Assembly: GCA_041659405.1 (NCBI GenBank)
Contig: JBAZYK010000007.1
Coordinates: 30,001-62,000 of the forward strand
Length of the DNA stretch: 32,000 nucleotides
Direction of reading: 5' to 3'
Origin: Candidatus Altimarinota bacterium
Lineage (GTDB): Bacteria; Patescibacteriota; Gracilibacteria; UBA1369
Shown: one piece after another, positions 26,180-32,000 of the stretch
Position numbering within the stretch: the stretch's first letter is position 1
How the letters are laid out: every line of letters begins with the position of its first letter
Notes under the pieces: generated by a model
The model's input: only the letters and a program-made list of their open reading frames with translations
Databases searched by the model: none
What the model was told of the DNA's origin: nothing
Program-made: the position numbers and the translations under genes

Positions 26180-26863
26180 ATGGATACTATAGTGCTAGAG
26201 GCTAAAACTCGTGATACAAAGGTTTCTCCTTTATACTTACGAAGAACTAAAAGAGTTCCAGCTGTTTATTATGGTCATAAGGAAAAAAGTGTGGCTGTGG
26301 ATGTGGATTATCAGGAATTCCGCAAGGCTTTCAGAAAAGTTGGGGCAAATCAGGTGTTGGAACTTTCAATCGATGGCAAAAAGAAGCCGGTTTTGATTCA
26401 TGAAGTTCAATACAACCCTTTGACTGATAATTATGATCATATCGACTTCCTGCATGTAAACATGAATGAAGAGATTACGGCTCAGATTCCGGTTGTGATT
26501 GTTGGAGTTGCTCCGGCTGTTAAGAACTTTAGTGGTGTTATGACTACTTTGAAGCATGAAATTGAAGTACGTTGTTTGCCGGCTTATTTGCCTCAGACTA
26601 TTGAGGTTGATGTTTCCGGTCTTGAACAACTTCATACTTCCATTCATCTTAAGGATTTGAAACTTGGAGAACATGTTAAAATTCACGGAAATCCGGAAGA
26701 TGCGGTTGTAATTGTTGTTCCACCAAAACTTGTGGAGGAAACAGCGTTACCTCAGGCTCCGGAAGAACCGGTTGCCGGTGCGGCTCCTGCGGCTGGTGCT
26801 GCGGCTGCGGCTCCTGCAGAAGGCGAAAAAGCTGCAGAAGGTGCAAAGAAAGAGAAAGAGTAA
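26180..26863 (+). CDS. rplY: Ribosomal protein L25/CTC family
   Basis: LEAKTRDTKVSPLYLRRTKRVPAVYYGHKEKSVAVDVDYQEF...VLIHEVQYNPLTDNYDHIDFLHVNMNEEI; Ala-rich acidic/basic tail. Confidence 0.92.
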   Translation: MDTIVLEAKTRDTKVSPLYLRRTKRVPAVYYGHKEKSVAVDVDYQEFRKAFRKVGANQVLELSIDGKKKPVLIHEVQYNPLTDNYDHIDFLHVNMNEEITAQIPVVIVGVAPAVKNFSGVMTTLKHEIEVRCLPAYLPQTIEVDVSGLEQLHTSIHLKDLKLGEHVKIHGNPEDAVVIVVPPKLVEETALPQAPEEPVAGAAPAAGAAAAAPAEGEKAAEGAKKEKE

Positions 26864-26885
26864 TAGCGATTCAAATATTCAATTT

Positions 26886-26916
26886 AAAAAGGGCCCAGTT
26901 GATGGGTCCTTTTTTA
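26886..26916 (+). terminator. Intrinsic terminator after rplY
   Basis: AAAAAGGGCCCA-GTTGA-TGGGTCCTTTTT followed by T-run. Confidence 0.85.
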
Positions 26917-26993
26917 GTTGCTGTGCGAAGCTCAAACTCGTTACGCTTCGGCCTGGCTTTCTCGCAATTGCTGGAATGGGGAAAACCTCGCAT

Positions 26994-27287
26994 CTAATTT
27001 ATTAACTTCTCCAGCAGTTTCCTTTTGGCCTCCAGGTCTTCTTTGTTGAATGAATTTTTGGCCTGGTTGATCATGGTTTGGATTGCGCTTTCGGCATTTG
27101 GTTTTAACTCTAATTCCAGCTTGTCGCCAATTTTAAGGTTGGCTCTAAGGTTTTCGGGTAATTCTTTTAATGGCCAAAAGATTCTTTCTTGGGAGCTTTG
27201 GATTTCCATTACAACAAAGTCACGATCGATTCCGGCGACCGTGACTTTTGTTGTTAATGATATTTTGTTTGAATCCAATAAATCCAT
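26994..27287 (-). CDS. Uncharacterised small protein
   Basis: MDLLDSNKISLTTKVTVAGIDRDFVVMEIQSSQERIFWPLKELPENLRANLKIGDKLELEL..., plausible intact ORF downstream of hppA. Confidence 0.65.
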   Translation of the reverse strand: MDLLDSNKISLTTKVTVAGIDRDFVVMEIQSSQERIFWPLKELPENLRANLKIGDKLELELKPNAESAIQTMINQAKNSFNKEDLEAKRKLLEKLIN

Positions 27288-27310
27288 TTTTATTTTTGAG
27301 TAATCTTGAT

Positions 27311-29437
27311 TTATTTAGTTACGATCATGGCAGCGATGATTGGCGCAATAAGTAACGCAATCGTGTTGATAACCTTAATTAAAGAGTTAATAGCTGGGCC
27401 GGCAGTGTCCTTGAAGGGATCACCAACAGTATCACCAACAACGGCAGCTTTGTGGGCATCCGATCCTTTTCCACCAAAGTGACCGCTTTCAATATATTTT
27501 TTAGCGTTATCCCAAGCGCCACCACCTGTACACATTTGAACGGCGAGAAGGAATCCCGAAAGAATAACTCCACCAAGTAAACCACCAAGAGCCAAAGGCC
27601 CAAGTACAAATCCAACAATTACAGGACTTAAAACGGCAAGTGAAGCAGGGAAGATCATTTGTTTTAATGCGGCTTTGGTTACAATGTCCACGCAACGGCC
27701 ATATTCCGGCTTTTCTTTGCCTGTCATGATCCCTTTGATTTCACGGAACTGGCGACGAACTTCTTCAACTACTTTATAGGCAGTGATTCCTACTGATTCC
27801 ATACAAGCGGATGCAAATAGGAAGGGGAGTAATCCACCAAGGAAAAGTCCAATTAAAACGCGGTAATCGGCAATATCAAAAATGAATTTCCCCATTTGTG
27901 GAGCATGTGCACTTAATTCTTCTGTATAAGCCTGGAAGAGTACCAAGGCGGCAAGCGCAGCTGAACTGATGGCGTAACCTTTGGTAACGGCTTTAGTGGT
28001 GTTTCCAACTGCATCCAAAGCATCGGTGTTTTTACGAACTTTTTCTGGAAGACCGGCCATTTCCGCAATACCACCGGCGTTATCTGTAATAGGGCCATAA
28101 GAATCAGTAGCAATAACCATTCCTGTTGTAGAGAGCATGGCAACAGCGGCAATCGCGATTCCATAAATTCCACCACTTGCACCAAGAGCTGAAATTGAAC
28201 CAAAGTAGTAAGAAAGGAAAATTCCTACAACAATTAAAATTACCGGCAAGAAAGTGCTTTGTAAGCCAACTGCCAGGCCAATGATCACGTTTGTTCCGGC
28301 ACCGGTTTCTGAAGCCTTGGCGATTTTTTTAACCGGAGAATAAGCGGTTGAAGTGTAGTATTCAGTGATGATGGTAATAAAGAAAGTGATACCAAGTCCC
28401 ACCAAACCTGCATAGAAAATGTTGATGTCACCAATGAATCCCTGAAATTTTATTCCTAAGTATGGGATATCCAGGCCTTGCGTTGCAACATAGAAACCGA
28501 TTGCGGAAATAATACCGGTTACGAGCATTCCCTTATATAGGGCGCCCATGATGTTTTTCTTTTTACCAAGTTTAACAAAGAAAGTTCCAACAATAGAAGC
28601 AACAACGGCGATTGAACCAAGTGCCAAAGGATATTCAATTCCTGCTGAACCGATTTTGTCTAACAATGTGGAAGAAGCCAAGATCATGGCTGCAATCAAA
28701 GTAACGGCATATGTTTCAAAAAGATCTGCTCCCATACCTGCGCAATCACCAACGTTATCACCAACGTTATCGGCAATTACAGCCGGATTTCTTGGATCGT
28801 CTTCCGGAATATTTTTTTCTACTTTTCCCACAATGTCCGCTCCAACATCTGCAGCTTTAGTGAAGATTCCTCCACCAATACGGGCAAATAATGAAATAAG
28901 TGAAGCACCAAAACCAAAACCGACCAAGAGTTTTGGAGTATCGCCAATGGAAACGCCCAAGACGTTTACGAAAAGATAATAAAATCCGCTGACACCAAGT
29001 AAAGCCAGGCCCACTACTGCAAGACCTGTAACGGATCCGCCTTTGAAAGCTACGGAAAGAGCTTCTTGAAGACCTTTCTTAGCAGCTTCGGCTGTTCTGA
29101 CATTGGCTCTAACGGAAACACTCATACCAATGTAACCGGCCAAACCGGAAAATAATGCTCCGGCGATAAAACTAACAGCTGTAAGTATATTGTCGTTGTG
29201 TTGACCTTTTGGTAGAACAAACGCCAAAACCAGGAAAATCACAATTGCGAATGGCAAAATCGTGATTGATTGTCGATTGAGGTAGGCCATTGCACCTTCC
29301 TGAATCGATTTACTGATTTCAATCATTTTTTCGGAACCACGTGGTTTTTTCATTACGCTGACGACCAAAACGACAGCATATAAAAGAGCCAAGATGCTAA
29401 TACCCATAGCGATCGTTGGGACGGAGAGAACGGGCAT
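27311..29437 (-). CDS. hppA: Membrane-bound proton-translocating pyrophosphatase, K+-independent type
   Basis: [54 protein letters not shown]; [16 protein letters not shown] (Lys in GNTTK); DNAKKYIE; [22 protein letters not shown]. Confidence 0.97.
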   Translation of the reverse strand: MPVLSVPTIAMGISILALLYAVVLVVSVMKKPRGSEKMIEISKSIQEGAMAYLNRQSITILPFAIVIFLVLAFVLPKGQHNDNILTAVSFIAGALFSGLAGYIGMSVSVRANVRTAEAAKKGLQEALSVAFKGGSVTGLAVVGLALLGVSGFYYLFVNVLGVSIGDTPKLLVGFGFGASLISLFARIGGGIFTKAADVGADIVGKVEKNIPEDDPRNPAVIADNVGDNVGDCAGMGADLFETYAVTLIAAMILASSTLLDKIGSAGIEYPLALGSIAVVASIVGTFFVKLGKKKNIMGALYKGMLVTGIISAIGFYVATQGLDIPYLGIKFQGFIGDINIFYAGLVGLGITFFITIITEYYTSTAYSPVKKIAKASETGAGTNVIIGLAVGLQSTFLPVILIVVGIFLSYYFGSISALGASGGIYGIAIAAVAMLSTTGMVIATDSYGPITDNAGGIAEMAGLPEKVRKNTDALDAVGNTTKAVTKGYAISSAALAALVLFQAYTEELSAHAPQMGKFIFDIADYRVLIGLFLGGLLPFLFASACMESVGITAYKVVEEVRRQFREIKGIMTGKEKPEYGRCVDIVTKAALKQMIFPASLAVLSPVIVGFVLGPLALGGLLGGVILSGFLLAVQMCTGGGAWDNAKKYIESGHFGGKGSDAHKAAVVGDTVGDPFKDTAGPAINSLIKVINTIALLIAPIIAAMIVTK

Positions 29438-29613
29438 AGGTTAGACGATTAAGAATTAAAAATTACGAATTTAGGGCTTTGACTTTTACAGTTGCATAGT
29501 TTAGCGCAACTTGTCATTTCTATAAAATCTTTCGTATTACTTTGATTTGATAATGTTGTGGATTTGTGGTTTTACTAGAGTTGTTCAAACAATTAACAAT
29601 TAGTAATTAAGAA

Positions 29614-30489
29614 TTGATGATGATGGATCTTTCGATTGATTTTGGCGCTTCTACAATTGATGTGATTTATTGGGAAGGCTTAATAGAGAGAAAATTTCTG
29701 TGTATTAAAAGTTTTGAGCGTGCCGAGTTTTTTGGCGATCACGATTTAAAGAAGTTTTTTGAGCGTGCGGAAATCAATTTGAAGAAAATTGAGAAAATTT
29801 TTGTGACCGGAGGAAGAAGCCGACTTTATCCCGATAAAATTGGTGGGGTGCTTTTGGTTAAGATTTCGGAAATTGAGGCAATTGGAAGAGGTGGATATTA
29901 TATGTGGAAAACAGATGAGGCATTTGGTAAACGGCAAAAATCCATAACTCAAAATTTTTTGGTTGTGAGTATGGGCACCGGGACTTGCATGGTTCAGGTT
30001 GAGGTTGATGAGAAAGGTTATGTTAAAAGTCAGCATGTGGGTGGGACCGGCGTTGGTGGCGGAACGTTTATGGGGCTTTCTAAATTACTGTTGGCCGAAA
30101 AAGATCCACAAAAATTGCAGAAACTTTTTAAGAATGGAAATAAAGATAAGGTGGACTTAAGTGTGAAAGATATTATAGGTAGTGGAATTGGTTTGGTTCC
30201 TGCGGACGCGACTGCTTCCAATTTGGGCAAACTGGCGCGTGAAGTTGATTTTAGTGATGCTGATTTGGCTTCCGGAATAGAAAATTTGATTGGTCAGACG
30301 ATTGGGATTTTGGCTGTTTTTGCGGCGAAGGCTTCCGGCAGTTCCTGTATTTTGCTCACAGGTAAGCTAACAAGGATGAAAAGTATTGTTCGGATAATTC
30401 AGAAAATTGGGGGAATTTATCAGGTTCCCATCTTCTTGCCGACTGACGCCGCGTACGTTGGATCATTTGGAGCTGGATTTTTTGGCTAA
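29614..30489 (+). CDS. coaW: Type II pantothenate kinase
   Basis: DFGASTIDVIYW, FVTGGRS, VSMGTGTCMVQV, HVGGTGVGGGTFMGLSKLL, C-terminal PTDAAYVGSFGAGF. Confidence 0.85.
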   Translation: MMMMDLSIDFGASTIDVIYWEGLIERKFLCIKSFERAEFFGDHDLKKFFERAEINLKKIEKIFVTGGRSRLYPDKIGGVLLVKISEIEAIGRGGYYMWKTDEAFGKRQKSITQNFLVVSMGTGTCMVQVEVDEKGYVKSQHVGGTGVGGGTFMGLSKLLLAEKDPQKLQKLFKNGNKDKVDLSVKDIIGSGIGLVPADATASNLGKLAREVDFSDADLASGIENLIGQTIGILAVFAAKASGSSCILLTGKLTRMKSIVRIIQKIGGIYQVPIFLPTDAAYVGSFGAGFFG

Positions 30490-30531
30490 TACTTTATACA
30501 ATGCGAATGTCTTTATAATTTTTTATACACT

Positions 30532-31227
30532 ATGGAAAATCAAAATCATCAGGGTCATGAAAGTGGTACTCATCATAAGGCGGATGCCGGGAATTTCTTT
30601 AAAGATTTACCTCCAATTCCAAAAATTGACTTTAAAAGTGTGAATTTAAAGAATCTTCAAAATGGTCTTGGTGATATTTTCGAGATGGTGAAAATGAATA
30701 AAGCTAAAATGCATGAAGTTGCAGGCCGTGAACATGAAGGTGTTGGCGTGGCTTTGGTTTATTTGCTGGTTGCTCAATTGGTTGCGTCTTTGGGTGGAGT
30801 TGTTTTTGGTTATCAAATTCCGCTTATTGGTTCTTTTCATACATCTTTGGGACAAGCTTTGCTTAATTTTGTTTTGCAGGCTGTTTGTTCTGTAGTTGGG
30901 CTTTATTTTGTGCAATTTGTTGCTCAAAAGTTTGGTGGAAAAGGCTCATTTACGGGTTATTTTAGAGTAATGGGGTATCTTTCCGTTTTGAGCATTTTTG
31001 GATTTCTAACTTTCTTGCCAATTATTGGAATGTTGGCCGGTTTGTGGATGTTGGTGCTTTCTTTTGTTGCACTTAAAGAAATTCATCAGCTTTCTAACGA
31101 GAAGACTGTGTTTACGTTTGTAATCGCATTTGTAGTAATTTTCGTAATTTCTGCAATACTTAGTAGTTTTGGGATGGGGTTTGGGGGAATGAATTATACC
31201 GGAAGTCGTGGATTTACTCTGAATTAG
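30532..31227 (+). CDS. Yip1-domain-like integral membrane protein with His-rich N-terminus
   Basis: NHQGHESGTHHKADAG N-terminus, DIFEMVKMNKAKMHEVAGREHEGVGVAL then five hydrophobic segments, VALKEIHQLSNEKTV. Confidence 0.65.
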   Translation: MENQNHQGHESGTHHKADAGNFFKDLPPIPKIDFKSVNLKNLQNGLGDIFEMVKMNKAKMHEVAGREHEGVGVALVYLLVAQLVASLGGVVFGYQIPLIGSFHTSLGQALLNFVLQAVCSVVGLYFVQFVAQKFGGKGSFTGYFRVMGYLSVLSIFGFLTFLPIIGMLAGLWMLVLSFVALKEIHQLSNEKTVFTFVIAFVVIFVISAILSSFGMGFGGMNYTGSRGFTLN

Positions 31228-31236
31228 TTTTTTGTT

Positions 31237-32000
31237 GTGGTAAAAATTGAGGATATTAAAGCGCTTAAGGGTAATCGTAAGCTGACAATGCTAACGGCTT
31301 ATGATTATCCTACGGCCAAAATTTTAAGTCGTGCCGGCGTTGATATGCTGCTTGTTGGTGATTCACTTGGAATGGTGGTTTTGGGTTATCCGGATACAAA
31401 ATCGGTAACATTGCAGGACATTGTGCGTCATGCGGGGGCGGTGGTGCGTGGAAACCTTGCAGCTGTTGCTGAGTCCAAAGTGCGGGAGCCAGATTCAGCG
31501 GCGCGGGATGCAGATGGAAATGTCGGTAGTTTTGTTGTTGCGGATATGCCGATTCACACAACAGATACAGTGGGGATGGCATTAAGAAATGCCCGTTATA
31601 TTTTGGAGGAGACCGGCGTGGATGCTGTTAAAATTGAAGGTGATCCGCATATTGTAGAAGCTTTGGCCGGTGCCGGAATTGCGGTTATGGCTCATACGGG
31701 ACTCAAACCTCAACAGGCGGAAAAATATGGTCTTACCGGAAAGAGTTCAGATGAAGCTGAAGCGATTTTTGCGGAAGCGGTGGCTTTGGAAAAGGCTGGG
31801 GCGTTTGCTTTGGTTTTGGAATGTATTCCAAGTGAGTTGGCAAAGAGGATAACCGGCGTGTTGAAAATTCCGACGATTGGAATTGGGGCAGGGAAAGATT
31901 GTGATGGTCAGGTTTTGGTGAGTAGTGATCTTTTGGGATTATATGATGATTTTAAGCCAAAATTTGTGCGCAGGTATGCTGATTTAGCGACGGAAATTTT
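31237..32000 (+). CDS. panB: 3-methyl-2-oxobutanoate hydroxymethyltransferase (partial at window edge, GTG start)
   Basis: Manual translation: VVKIEDIKALKGNRKLTMLTAYDYPTAKILSRAGVDMLLVGDSLGMVVLGYPDTKSVTLQDIVRHAGAVVRG...ADMPI...AVKIEGD...VMAHTGLKPQ...LVLECIPSELAKRITGVLKIPTIGIGAG. Absent from the ORF track. Confidence 0.94.
   Translation, partial: MVKIEDIKALKGNRKLTMLTAYDYPTAKILSRAGVDMLLVGDSLGMVVLGYPDTKSVTLQDIVRHAGAVVRGNLAAVAESKVREPDSAARDADGNVGSFVVADMPIHTTDTVGMALRNARYILEETGVDAVKIEGDPHIVEALAGAGIAVMAHTGLKPQQAEKYGLTGKSSDEAEAIFAEAVALEKAGAFALVLECIPSELAKRITGVLKIPTIGIGAGKDCDGQVLVSSDLLGLYDDFKPKFVRRYADLATEI

Overview
This 32 kb window looks like chromosomal DNA from a low-to-mid GC, CPR/Peregrinibacteria-like bacterium. 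That taxonomic impression is inference only. It carries mostly housekeeping genes: trpE-trpGD with a trpR-like repressor, VIT-family protein, AI-2E/PerM-family protein, SLH protein, DsbA-like protein, lamin-tail protein, rny, groES-groL, a DUF5678/retropepsin-like pair, pyrH-frr-rseP, dnaA, FecR-domain protein, mltG-ybaB, rplY, hppA (K+-independent signature), type II pantothenate kinase, Yip1-like protein and partial panB. The most interesting signals lie outside the ORF track. (1) Three near-identical 18-bp TrpR-type operators sit around trpR/trpE, and trpE is an open frame with no ATG/GTG/TTG start. (2) Two copies of an ~80-nt structured RNA motif lie in the groES-groL and frr-rseP gaps. 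(3) A compact same-strand array of small unknown genes (21.7-24.1 kb) is separated by attC-like imperfect palindromes, and two unrelated small ORFs share almost identical flanks. (4) A near-perfect CIRCE operator overlaps a promoter in front of an uncharacterised gene, and a second CIRCE precedes groES. (5) A candidate ncRNA with its own promoter and terminator-like hairpin lies upstream of rny. (6) A MITE-like element has 28-bp perfect inverted repeats. (7) trpE and panB carry apparent in-frame peptide insertions.
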